From: Methanobacteriota archaeon
GTDB taxonomy: Archaea > Thermoplasmatota > Thermoplasmata > SG8-5 > JAGLSY01
Direction of reading: 5' to 3'
Length of the DNA: 64,000 bases
NCBI GenBank assembly: GCA_020697715.1
Contig: JAEHCO010000001.1
Coordinates: 448,001-512,000, forward strand
The notes beneath the pieces are model-generated. The model was not told the origin of the DNA. It saw nothing but the letters and a program-made list of their open reading frames with translations, and made no database searches. Shown piece by piece: positions 29,479 to 38,798 of the stretch (the stretch's first letter is position 1; each line of letters begins with the position of its first letter). A program made the position numbers and the translations under genes.

Positions 29479-30729
29479 TCAAATTTCCTCCTTATATTCG
29501 TCTGTCAATGTCATCTGCCCATCAAATCTTTTCTTCTTGGCCTTCTTTTCGAGGCCTTTCGCTTGTGAGGGAAGCAGAACTTTCCCATATTCGCCCCCTC
29601 CACCGGGAACGATCACGATCTGCCCGCTCCTGAAAGCGTGGATACCACTGGCCACATCATCCCCCACCAGGCCTCGAATATTCTTAATATCAGCTTCAAG
29701 CAAGACCTGGACCTCGTTTCCAAATTCAGTGATAAGCTTCTCCCACACACCCAGCCCTTTTTTGGAATAGGGCGAGGAGATCCCCATCACTTGGTTAATG
29801 ATCTCACCCAGTGGGACTATATGTACGTACTCTGGACGGTGGTCTGGCCTTTTGACAATACCATCGTCGCTAAGCTCCTTCGCCCTATCACGAACACCCT
29901 TCTTAATGGGAGCCAGACAGGAGCATTTCCACCTCCTGGCCAGCGCCTCTTCCAGGGTGTAATGCTCGAAGCATCTGGGGCAAGCGGTCTCATTGTATTT
30001 CCCTTCTTGGGGTGGTAATCCCACATTACGAACGAAGCGCCTTCCCTTTTCTCGTTTTATGGCCATCATCAGCTCATCGAAAGTGATGTCCTTCGCGCGT
30101 ATGGTGTTGAATTCCCTGGCCAGCCTGATCGCATAGGGCGAATGGGCATCGGAATTCGTGAGGAAAGTGATGTCCTGCAATTCTCGAATGAGGTCTCCAT
30201 AATCGCTGTCCGCGCTTAATCCCAGTTCCAGGAACTTGACATCACCAGCTCTGGAGCCATAACATTCTTTCAGGGAACCATAGTGCGCGTACATCCCGGT
30301 CCATGGAGTGAAGGCGTGGGCGGGTCCGATGAAAGCCTCCACATCCTTCGCTAGCTCGGCCAGTTCCTCACCGTTCATGCTCAGATATGGACGTCCATCC
30401 GCCTCAAGGCTTTTGGAATATTTGCCAACCTCTTCCTTGAAGCCTTCGACCGATGATAATGATGGGAAGAAAAGTAGATGATGCACTCGTTTGGCTGCCT
30501 GAACTTCCGTGCTCAGAATGAATCGAGTACCTTCCATTTCAAAAGTACCTTCATCGATCCTTTCAGCCTCTTTCACCTCTGCCAGCCACTTGGAATGAAG
30601 ACAATCGCCACTGGCAAGGAGATCGATCCCCTTCTTACCAGATTCCTTTGCCAATGTCTTGATCCTCATATTGGAACTGGTGGCTCTTGAATAAAGTCCA
30701 TGGATGTGAAGATCAGCATTGAATTCCAT
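29479..30729 (-). CDS. TIGR00375-family PHP-domain protein (endonuclease Q-like)
   Basis: ADLHIHGLYSRATS, GPAHAFTPW, ELGLSADS, NSDAHS, GKY...C..C, PGGGGEYG. Confidence 0.9.
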   Translation of the reverse strand: MEFNADLHIHGLYSRATSSNMRIKTLAKESGKKGIDLLASGDCLHSKWLAEVKEAERIDEGTFEMEGTRFILSTEVQAAKRVHHLLFFPSLSSVEGFKEEVGKYSKSLEADGRPYLSMNGEELAELAKDVEAFIGPAHAFTPWTGMYAHYGSLKECYGSRAGDVKFLELGLSADSDYGDLIRELQDITFLTNSDAHSPYAIRLAREFNTIRAKDITFDELMMAIKREKGRRFVRNVGLPPQEGKYNETACPRCFEHYTLEEALARRWKCSCLAPIKKGVRDRAKELSDDGIVKRPDHRPEYVHIVPLGEIINQVMGISSPYSKKGLGVWEKLITEFGNEVQVLLEADIKNIRGLVGDDVASGIHAFRSGQIVIVPGGGGEYGKVLLPSQAKGLEKKAKKKRFDGQMTLTDEYKEEI

Positions 30730-30751
30730 TGGCTCGACAATGACATCTTAT

Positions 30752-32836
30752 CTAAATATCTTTATGGATGTCGCTCAGTATCTGGGAATTCTCCTTCGGC
30801 AATTCTTCGATCCCTTCGATATCCATTTTCTCATCCAAGTGACTGCCTTGTGTGGTGTCTGGTGCTGTATCGGACACAGTATTCGATACAGTTTCTGTTG
30901 GCATGGCAAGTTCTCCTTCATCAATTCCTTCCTGGAACACTTCCATTTCTTCCGTCTCTTCATCACCTTTCTTATTTCTGATAAATACATAGGCGATCAG
31001 CAGGAATCCGATCGCATTGAATATCAATACCGTGTACAAGACTGGCAGTATGAACCAGGGCTCGCTTTCTATCTCGATGCTGACTTTGTTGACAGACTCC
31101 AGAACATCTATAGTGATAGTTTCCGAATACACTCCAAGGTCACATCTCAGTGTGATATTATGTCCATCTGTGTCCCATGGTGATATCAGGGTCAATTCGA
31201 ACCTTCCATCAGCATCCGTCATGGTGTAAGTCAGGGTTTGATTCTCGCGACCTATGACAGACACCTTCACCTGTTTCATCTCCTTGCCAGTATTGGATAG
31301 GACCTGCCCTTCTATCGTGTATCCCATCTCGGAGTTCAGCCCTTCATTTTGATATGAATGGTTCAATAGCGTTCTGTCACTGTCCCAGCAATAAAATTCA
31401 GCAGTGTATTTTCCAGTCTGGGGTGGGATCCAGGAAAGCCAATCCTCATCTTCAGGAACAGTATCGGCGAATGAATGTTGAAACACTCCTTCATCGTCAT
31501 ACACATCAATTCTGTAATTGGAATAATCTCCTCCAAATACCTTGAACTGGATGACGTCGTTCAGATGATCCGCATCCGTATCCACGCTATCTACATCTAT
31601 CATAAGATCGATCTCTTCTCGGCCTTCCAAATTCCATTTCTCACTGGCAATATCAAGAAATTCATCCCATGCCGTATCTTCTGCAATATCCAGTTGTTTA
31701 TAGTCCAACCACGAGCTGGTCTTCGGGAACCAGATGGACATCCCATTCGCATTGTCAGCGGGCTCGTCCTCATCATTCGGCCTTGTCCAGTGCCTTTCAT
31801 ACACAACGGCTCCCTCTATCGCTTGCTTTAATTTTTCACCGCTTTCCTTTATCTGCGATGAAACAGACACATTGCCCATCATCTGGGTAAAGTGCACCAG
31901 ATCGTATTGATTGGCTCCATCATACTCTTCAGTGATGTATCGAGCTGCTGATATCTCTGGATGGAAAAAACCTACACTGGACCCAAGCTCATTGGCATAG
32001 GAATCCAATGCCTCGGCCACTACATCCATCTTCTCCAATTCAATAAGTGAAAGGGTTGTGGAATAAGCACTATTGGCCATGCTCCACGTCGTATAATCGT
32101 CAATGAACCTCTCTCCAAAATCCTTTGGTAGGATATCAGGATCATCCTTCAGGATATTGAGGATCTTGTCATAGGGCCAGCCAGCCAAAGGCACGTCCTT
32201 CTCAGACCCAATGGCGTATTCGGCATTTCCTCTGAGCTGGTAGAATAATTCCAACATACCCATCTGGCAAGCGTCCATGCTGATGATGTCTATATCCACG
32301 ACATCTTCGGTCGCCGTCAAAGCTCCTTTTAGCTCGACCGCGGACAGCTTATCCCCTTTATCCGGGCAGACACCGGTCCATCCATTTCCATGACCCCACA
32401 GGTCCAGCAAATACCGCTCCGCGGGATATTCATCGACAGCCCATTCGATGAATCTTGTTAGAGTGTCTGGATCACCCATTTCCATCTCATTGCTCCAGCT
32501 CGTGTCGATATCTTCCATGGGGATGGCATCGGTTCCATTTTCGACAATATGAAATACATTGGAATCCCCAACTCCGGATCTATCTGCCAGGACTATTATT
32601 TCCAGACCGTCGCCAGACCCGATATCCATCATCTCTTCCAGATCGGCGGCGACATTATCACTCAATGAATTGTCTCCGGACATGTACACCATCACGGTCC
32701 ATCCAGCTATATCGTCGGCTCTGGTGCCTCCACTGGCATGAGTAAATGAAGGCCCTATCAACATGAGAATTAATAGTACGATCACAAAGATCCCAGCTTT
32801 CGAATCAGCCCTGGGCCTTTGTGCAAATGGCTTCAA
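30752..32836 (-). CDS. Clostripain-like (C11) secreted cysteine peptidase with C-terminal membrane anchor
   Basis: Signal peptide; WTVMVYMSGDNSL, LWGHGNGW, MDACQMG, GSE; TM before an acidic tail. Confidence 0.9.
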   Translation of the reverse strand: MKPFAQRPRADSKAGIFVIVLLILMLIGPSFTHASGGTRADDIAGWTVMVYMSGDNSLSDNVAADLEEMMDIGSGDGLEIIVLADRSGVGDSNVFHIVENGTDAIPMEDIDTSWSNEMEMGDPDTLTRFIEWAVDEYPAERYLLDLWGHGNGWTGVCPDKGDKLSAVELKGALTATEDVVDIDIISMDACQMGMLELFYQLRGNAEYAIGSEKDVPLAGWPYDKILNILKDDPDILPKDFGERFIDDYTTWSMANSAYSTTLSLIELEKMDVVAEALDSYANELGSSVGFFHPEISAARYITEEYDGANQYDLVHFTQMMGNVSVSSQIKESGEKLKQAIEGAVVYERHWTRPNDEDEPADNANGMSIWFPKTSSWLDYKQLDIAEDTAWDEFLDIASEKWNLEGREEIDLMIDVDSVDTDADHLNDVIQFKVFGGDYSNYRIDVYDDEGVFQHSFADTVPEDEDWLSWIPPQTGKYTAEFYCWDSDRTLLNHSYQNEGLNSEMGYTIEGQVLSNTGKEMKQVKVSVIGRENQTLTYTMTDADGRFELTLISPWDTDGHNITLRCDLGVYSETITIDVLESVNKVSIEIESEPWFILPVLYTVLIFNAIGFLLIAYVFIRNKKGDEETEEMEVFQEGIDEGELAMPTETVSNTVSDTAPDTTQGSHLDEKMDIEGIEELPKENSQILSDIHKDI

Positions 32837-33369
32837 AACTCTATCCCCTTCCTTGCCATCATGCCCTTCTGAAATGGATGTTTGATCTCCTTGACCTCGG
32901 AAACATGGTCCGCGATCTCGATAAATTTTTCGTGAGCGTATCTTCCGGTGAGCACCAGTTCCATGCTATCTGGCTTTGAAGAAATAAGGTCAAGCACATC
33001 GTCCAATTCGATGAGCTTCCAATCGACAGCCACATTGATCTCATCCAGAATGAGAATGTCACAAGCATCCTCCTCCACCAGTTTCCTGGCATATTCCAAT
33101 CCTTCCCGTGCCAGCTTGATATCGACCTCTGCCGGGTCTTTCTTATCAACAAAATCCGGTCTTCCAAATTGCACGATGTCGAAACCATCCAGCTTTTTCG
33201 CGGTCTCCAATTCGCCATAATTTATCTGGCCTTTCATGAACTGCACCATGATGACCTTGTAGCCGTGGCCAACGGCTCTGAAAGCAAGACCCATAGCGGA
33301 CGTGGTCTTGCCCTTACCGTCACCCGTGATGACCTGGACCAGGCCCAATCCTCTTTCATCTTCCAACAT
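32833..33369 (-). CDS. cobO: Cob(I)yrinic acid a,c-diamide adenosyltransferase
   Basis: TGDGKGKTTSAMGLAFRAVGHG, ILDEI, LTGRYA, KHPF...GIEF; start reset to ATG 33369. Confidence 0.95.
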   Translation of the reverse strand: MLEDERGLGLVQVITGDGKGKTTSAMGLAFRAVGHGYKVIMVQFMKGQINYGELETAKKLDGFDIVQFGRPDFVDKKDPAEVDIKLAREGLEYARKLVEEDACDILILDEINVAVDWKLIELDDVLDLISSKPDSMELVLTGRYAHEKFIEIADHVSEVKEIKHPFQKGMMARKGIEF

Positions 33370-33452
33370 CAGACTTACTATGTTAAAGTCAAATATAATA
33401 CTTATCTCAGAAAGATTTAAAAGGCATCGGGGGATTGATAACCCTCGATAAT

Positions 33453-34364
33453 ATGAACATCGAGACATCCATCGCTGGCTTGAAAATGGAAAATCCAACC
33501 ATGCTGGCATCCGGAATTCTGGGCCAGACTGGCCGATCTCTTTTGCGCGTCGCCAAGGAAGGCGGTGCAGGTGCTCTTGTAACGAAGTCGATCGGCCTGG
33601 AAGCAAGAACAGGCCATGGGAATCCTGGTATTCTGGAATTGGATACCGGGCTGCTCAATGCGATGGGACTTCCAAACCCCGGCATTGATGATTTTGAGGA
33701 AGAAGTGCAGATCGCCAGGCGATCGAATGTTCCAATTATCGGCAGTATTTTCGCCTCTTCTCCCGATGATTTCGCTAATCTGGCTAGCAGAATGGCCGGT
33801 CACGGTGCGGATGCTATCGAGCTCAATCTAAGCTGCCCTCACGCACAGGGTTATGGGGTGGAGATGGGCAGTGATCCAATTATTGTAGAATCTATTGTGA
33901 AAACAGTCGTGGAAGCGATCCAAATTCCGGTATTCGCCAAGCTCAGCCCCATGGTGCCAGATATAGCGTCGATCGCCCTGGCAGTGGAGAAAGGCGGGGG
34001 CCACGGGGTAGTCGCGATAAACACCATGAGGGGCATGAGCATCGAGCCCGAAATGGGCATGCCAGTCCTTAGTAACAAAATAGGCGGTTTGAGTGGGCCA
34101 GCTATCAAGCCCGTGGGTGTGAGAGCGGTTTACGAAATAGCACAAAAGGTCAAGATCCCCATAATCGGAGTAGGTGGGATAAACACTGGCAGGGATGCGA
34201 TCGAGTATATCATGGCTGGAGCCAACGCGGTGCAGATCGGAAGCGGCGTGCATTATCGCGGTATCGATATCTTCAAAAAGGTCAGCCAGGAAATTCAAGA
34301 CTTCATGCAGAAAAATAATTACAGCCAGCTTGATGAGATGATAGGCATTGCGGGGGTGAAGTAA
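33453..34364 (+). CDS. pyrD: Dihydroorotate dehydrogenase B catalytic subunit
   Basis: NPTMLASG, NAMGLPNPG, ELNLSCPH, GGLSGPAIKP, IIGVGGI. Confidence 0.96.
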   Translation: MNIETSIAGLKMENPTMLASGILGQTGRSLLRVAKEGGAGALVTKSIGLEARTGHGNPGILELDTGLLNAMGLPNPGIDDFEEEVQIARRSNVPIIGSIFASSPDDFANLASRMAGHGADAIELNLSCPHAQGYGVEMGSDPIIVESIVKTVVEAIQIPVFAKLSPMVPDIASIALAVEKGGGHGVVAINTMRGMSIEPEMGMPVLSNKIGGLSGPAIKPVGVRAVYEIAQKVKIPIIGVGGINTGRDAIEYIMAGANAVQIGSGVHYRGIDIFKKVSQEIQDFMQKNNYSQLDEMIGIAGVK

Positions 34365-35167
34365 TGGGCCATCATCATCAAAATGCCAAGATGCACGCGG
34401 TTACCATACTGGCCAATCGCCCCGAGGCCGCTAATATCTTCACATTGGAGATCGACTGGATACCTCGGGACAAACTCCTCGGTGGGCAGTTTGTAATGAT
34501 CTGGATACCAGGTGTGGACGAGATACCAATGAGTCTTTCATCGGCCAATACAACTTCAACATTGACCATCCAGAAGGTGGGTGAGGCATCCGAGACTCTC
34601 GGCCGAATGAAACCAGGCGACAAGATCGGAATAAAAGGTCCCTTCGGCAAAGGTTTTGAACCAACTGGCCAGAATTTACTTTTCATCGCTGGCGGGGTGG
34701 GAATAGCTCCTCTCATGCCCGCTATAGTAACTGCCCAGGAACAGGGGAAGGAAATAACACTGGCCATTGGCGCGGCCAGTGGTGATGCGATCGCTTTCCG
34801 TGATAAACTGACCAGCATGGGCATCGATATCAGAATAGCAACGGATGATGGCTCTGAAGGACACAAGGGTTTTGTCACAACCCTTGTGGAAGAATTACTG
34901 GCAGGTGGAAATTATGATCAAATACTGACCTGTGGCCCGGAGATCATGATGGCCAAACTTTTGGAACTGGCGAATCTGAATAAAATTCCGATCCAATGCT
35001 CCCTCGAGCGCTACATGAAATGCGGAATGGGCATCTGCGGTTCCTGCGATATCGATGGGCTGCAAGTGTGCAAGGATGGCCCTGTTTTCGATGGCCAGAC
35101 ACTTGCAGGGCTTGAGGATTTCGGTAAGAGCAAGAGGGACAGATCGGGGAAGAAGATTGGTTTTTAA
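34364..35167 (+). CDS. pyrK: Dihydroorotate dehydrogenase electron transfer subunit
   Basis: GQFVMIW, GPFGKGF, GGVGIAP, CGPEIM, CGMGICGSC...CKDGPVF. Confidence 0.95.
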   Translation: MGHHHQNAKMHAVTILANRPEAANIFTLEIDWIPRDKLLGGQFVMIWIPGVDEIPMSLSSANTTSTLTIQKVGEASETLGRMKPGDKIGIKGPFGKGFEPTGQNLLFIAGGVGIAPLMPAIVTAQEQGKEITLAIGAASGDAIAFRDKLTSMGIDIRIATDDGSEGHKGFVTTLVEELLAGGNYDQILTCGPEIMMAKLLELANLNKIPIQCSLERYMKCGMGICGSCDIDGLQVCKDGPVFDGQTLAGLEDFGKSKRDRSGKKIGF

Positions 35168-35218
35168 CTCATTTATTCTTACTGAGATATTAGTTTGTTA
35201 AGATGGGTGTGGATAAGG

Positions 35219-35284
35219 ACTCCGCCCCTGCTTTGATCGGGGCGGGGTTTGATTTGACTCCTCGCTCTCTCAATGTGAGGAGTT
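35219..35284 (+). terminator. Two GC-rich hairpins downstream of pyrK (terminator and/or part of a structured RNA)
   Basis: ACTCCGCCCC/GGGGCGGGGT (35219-35248) followed by TTGATTTG; GACTCCTCGC/GTGAGGAGTT (35256-35284); G-U pairs favour the + strand. Confidence 0.5.
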
Positions 35285-35445
35285 TATCTTCTTACTGGAA
35301 CATCGCAACTGTCACTCGAATTCTCATCGAATATATTACCCCGACCCTGCGTCACTCGGGACGGGGCATGTTTGTATTGTTACGTATTCACATTGTTGGG
35401 AACCTGCTCTGCTGGCACATCATTTTTCGCCCTCCCGGCTCCGCC

Positions 35446-35544
35446 CCCACCCCAATTTCTTCTTTTTAACCTCGCTGTGCTGGCCTGGCTCCAAAAAGAA
35501 GAAGAAGGGTAACAAGAAAAACTCGCCAGGCGCTGCTCGCTCGG
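35446..35544 (-). mobile_element. Short structured repeat element, copy B
   Basis: Shares CCCACCCCA, TTTAACCTCGCTGTGCTGGCC.GGCTCC, AAACTCGCC and CTGCTCGCTCGG with copy A; stems 35457-35467/35493-35503 and 35483-35489/35525-35531. Confidence 0.7.
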
Positions 35545-35652
35545 CAATATATTGAGAGACTGCATTTACAAAGCCCCGTACCACTTTCTTTATATATTAC
35601 ACAAAATCTTGTACCAACAATCCTTTATAAGCAAATACGATTAGTATAGTTC

Positions 35653-38460
35653 GTGAAGAGTGGAAGAGTAGTTTCAATTATTATCGTGGCCATCATGGTC
35701 TTACCATCATTGGCCATGATGACCTCATCCCAGGAGGTTGGAGAGGCTGGAGAGGTTGATGATCTCGCCTACACACTCCGACTAGCCATGCAGGATGATC
35801 TCAAGACCCTGAATCCACTGGTGGCTGCCGATATCTGGACATGGCACGTGATCCAGTGGATATACGACAAGCCAGTGTATGAGGATATGGAAACAGGCGA
35901 ATTGGTTCCTTACATCGCTTACAAATCCGGCAATTCCTCGGTTCTTTTTGGATATGACCCAGCGGAGAACTGGGCCGATCCAGCAAAGCCAGAAGCTACA
36001 ATTTATTATGACTTCGAGAATGTGAAATTCCATGACGGCCATCAGATGGATATCCGCGATATTTTATTCTCATACCACGCGGCAGCCCGGCACCGGGTTT
36101 GGCGCGGGGATGTCGAATGCCTGGTGGACAATGGCAGCTTCACAAATGGGAATTACACCGATGACAACTGGCTCCACATCGAAAAGACATGGGAGAGTGA
36201 GGATCATATGCAAGCGACTCTCAAATTCACACTCCAGAATCCATATTACAATTTCTTCAGGATCACACTGGCTCCAAGGATTCTGCCATATCATATCTGG
36301 GGAAATACAACTGCCAAGCAAAATATCGACAATGCGAAGATCTGGCTGGATGTTGGCTATGCCCCATCCAGTCTGGATTCATGGAGCTTTGAAAAGGCAT
36401 ACGCATGGGATAATACAGAATCGATTGGTAGCGGGCCTTTCATGTTCGATTCCTGGCATCCCGGGATAAGCTCGAAGATACTCACCTACCGAGATCATTT
36501 TTACAAGGAAGGATTCAAGCATGACCCAGACAATGCCAGGCAGCCGATGATCAATGCTATTGTTTTCAAAATATACAAGACAGCGGAAACATCTGTCTTA
36601 TCACTAAAAAACAACGATATCGATATGCTTTTATGGACAATCCCTCCAACCTTCGTTCAGGAAATAATGAATGATCCAGATCTTGAGGTCAAACAATCTG
36701 CTGAAAAAGGATTTAGTTACCTTGGATATAATATGAGATCTGATAGAAGATCATTCGGCTATGATGAGAATGGAGTAGATATTGGTAAACCACTCAGACA
36801 TGCAATCGCCCACTGTATTGATAAGATGGCCATATCATCAAGATTATTACAGAATTTTGCAATTACAGGTGATGGGCCAGTGTCTTCTATAAGTACATGG
36901 TACAATGATAGCATCCCACATTATTCCTTTGATCCTGAAGGGGCCATAGTCATCCTGAGAGATGCAGGTTATCTATTGACCGATCCAGGAGCCGAGCCAG
37001 GTGTTGGTAATTGGTGGCTGAACCCCGATGGCTCCCATATCGGAAATGGCGATTATGGAAAGATCGAGATACTCACGCCACCTGCAGATTATGACCCCAT
37101 ACAGGCCCAGCCCGGCTTGATGATTGCCAAGCAGATGCAAGATATCGGCCTAAATGCGGAATCCATCGCCATGGACTATGGCACGATCAAAAATCATGTG
37201 CACCAAAGGGATTTCGACATGTACATGCATGATTGGACCATTGCCAGTGATCCCACGGAGTTCTTGTATGATTTCTTCCATTCCAATAATCTGGATGGTC
37301 ATAATCATCCAGGATATTCAAATGCCAGTTTCGATGCCATAATGGATGGGGCAAGGGCAACATGGGATGAGGATGAGAAACTTCAACTGATCAAGGATGC
37401 CCAGGCCTCGCTTGCATATGATCTGCCATATGATGTGCTCAATTTCAGAACCAATATCGAGGCCTATCGTGCAGATCGATTTGATGGCTGGGTGAATGGG
37501 CCAGCTGGATCCATATACAATTGGGGTTCGATCATCGACCTGAGGCCGATTTCTTCGATCACCCACTGGCTCAGTGCCACCCTGGTGAACACTCCCTCGG
37601 CCGTGAGCTCCAATTCCACCGTGGATGTTTCAGTCAAGGTCACCAGCATTGTCAAGCAGGAAGACGGGACATTGGTCCGGACACCTGCGATTGGGGCATT
37701 TGTCGAGATGGCTGTGACAGATGGCACTCTTTCAGAATATAATGGAACCACGGATGCTGGCGGGATATTCAGAACAAGATACACCGCCCCCTTTGTTCCA
37801 TCAATTACCGAATTTGTGAAAGATGGCCACAATATCCTCATTGAAATCAAAAGTGTGGAAATGGATGGATACGAGCCAGCTCCGAATGAACTGACCCTGT
37901 TGACCGCGTACCCTGAAAAAGTGCGATTCCTCACCATAAGGATGGAAGCAGAGCCCGATGTCATAACTGATAATGATACTGCTGGAAATCTAGGTTTGGC
38001 CAGTATTATCGTGATTGTCACAGATCAAGATAATTTCCCTGTAGCAGGAGCCACTGTCGCCATACAGATCGATCCTCAGGGCCCCCCTGTGACACCAATT
38101 ACAGGTCTAACAGACGAATCTGGCATCATGATTTTCCAGGTGAAATCAGTAGATCTTCAAGAGGATCGTGAATACACGGTCAGCACAATAGCTTTCAAAA
38201 ACGGGTACAAGAATGGCACCCAGTCCTCTCAACTTATGATCATAGACAATATTGCTTCGACCCTGGATGTATCTGACCCAGATCTTGACGAAGACCCCGA
38301 ATTTGAAGATCCCGATGAACTTGTTAATGATGGAGAAAGCAGTCTATCACAATCGTCTACTGCCATGAAATTCATATCTGGAATTATAGTACTGGCAATT
38401 GTGTCAATATTGATCCTTCTATCTGCTTTCAAATTCTATCAAGATAATAGAAGACCTTAG
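35653..38460 (+). CDS. ABC-type peptide substrate-binding protein (family 5) with Ig-like C-terminal domains and TM anchor
   Basis: Signal peptide, TLNPL, KFHDGHQM, IGSGPF, LRHAIAHCIDK, GYSNASFD; beta-rich tail; C-terminal TM. Confidence 0.9.
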   Translation: MKSGRVVSIIIVAIMVLPSLAMMTSSQEVGEAGEVDDLAYTLRLAMQDDLKTLNPLVAADIWTWHVIQWIYDKPVYEDMETGELVPYIAYKSGNSSVLFGYDPAENWADPAKPEATIYYDFENVKFHDGHQMDIRDILFSYHAAARHRVWRGDVECLVDNGSFTNGNYTDDNWLHIEKTWESEDHMQATLKFTLQNPYYNFFRITLAPRILPYHIWGNTTAKQNIDNAKIWLDVGYAPSSLDSWSFEKAYAWDNTESIGSGPFMFDSWHPGISSKILTYRDHFYKEGFKHDPDNARQPMINAIVFKIYKTAETSVLSLKNNDIDMLLWTIPPTFVQEIMNDPDLEVKQSAEKGFSYLGYNMRSDRRSFGYDENGVDIGKPLRHAIAHCIDKMAISSRLLQNFAITGDGPVSSISTWYNDSIPHYSFDPEGAIVILRDAGYLLTDPGAEPGVGNWWLNPDGSHIGNGDYGKIEILTPPADYDPIQAQPGLMIAKQMQDIGLNAESIAMDYGTIKNHVHQRDFDMYMHDWTIASDPTEFLYDFFHSNNLDGHNHPGYSNASFDAIMDGARATWDEDEKLQLIKDAQASLAYDLPYDVLNFRTNIEAYRADRFDGWVNGPAGSIYNWGSIIDLRPISSITHWLSATLVNTPSAVSSNSTVDVSVKVTSIVKQEDGTLVRTPAIGAFVEMAVTDGTLSEYNGTTDAGGIFRTRYTAPFVPSITEFVKDGHNILIEIKSVEMDGYEPAPNELTLLTAYPEKVRFLTIRMEAEPDVITDNDTAGNLGLASIIVIVTDQDNFPVAGATVAIQIDPQGPPVTPITGLTDESGIMIFQVKSVDLQEDREYTVSTIAFKNGYKNGTQSSQLMIIDNIASTLDVSDPDLDEDPEFEDPDELVNDGESSLSQSSTAMKFISGIIVLAIVSILILLSAFKFYQDNRRP

Positions 38461-38492
38461 AAAAAACATTTTTAAGTAAGAACCTTATTGCA

Positions 38493-38768
38493 GTGAGTGA
38501 TAGTGGGCAATTCGATCGCGAGCTGATTAAAATGGATATGGATTCCGAAATGGTCAAGTTCATGCAACCTTTATTTGGTGAAATGGCCGACAAGACCGTG
38601 GAACTGCAGAAGAAGAAACTGGGCATTGATGAGAAGGATCTCAGCTATGATGATTATGTCGTGCTGATAGACTCCATCAGGACAATGTGCAGGACGATGG
38701 CAGGGGACGCTATAGCCAATAAGATATACGAGGGCTTGAAAGATATCCTGGATAAGGAAGTTGCCTGA
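38493..38768 (+). CDS. Small helical protein, similar to the C-terminal domain of the Roadblock protein 14080-14871
   Basis: LFGEMA...KKLG...MAGDAIANKI pattern; directly upstream of a KaiC gene. Confidence 0.65.
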   Translation: MSDSGQFDRELIKMDMDSEMVKFMQPLFGEMADKTVELQKKKLGIDEKDLSYDDYVVLIDSIRTMCRTMAGDAIANKIYEGLKDILDKEVA

Positions 38769-38798
38769 TATTCACAAGACCATATTCACATCACAGGA

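Noticed and set aside
35203-35565. ORFs 35203-35469 (+) and 35380-35565 (-), and 26520-26918 (+)
   Set aside because: No protein motifs; they read through hairpins and the repeat element
35168-35652. SRP RNA, RNase P RNA or group II intron remnant
   Set aside because: No SRP helix-8 motif, no RNase P GAGGAA.UCC/ACAGAA pair and no recognisable domain V on either strand
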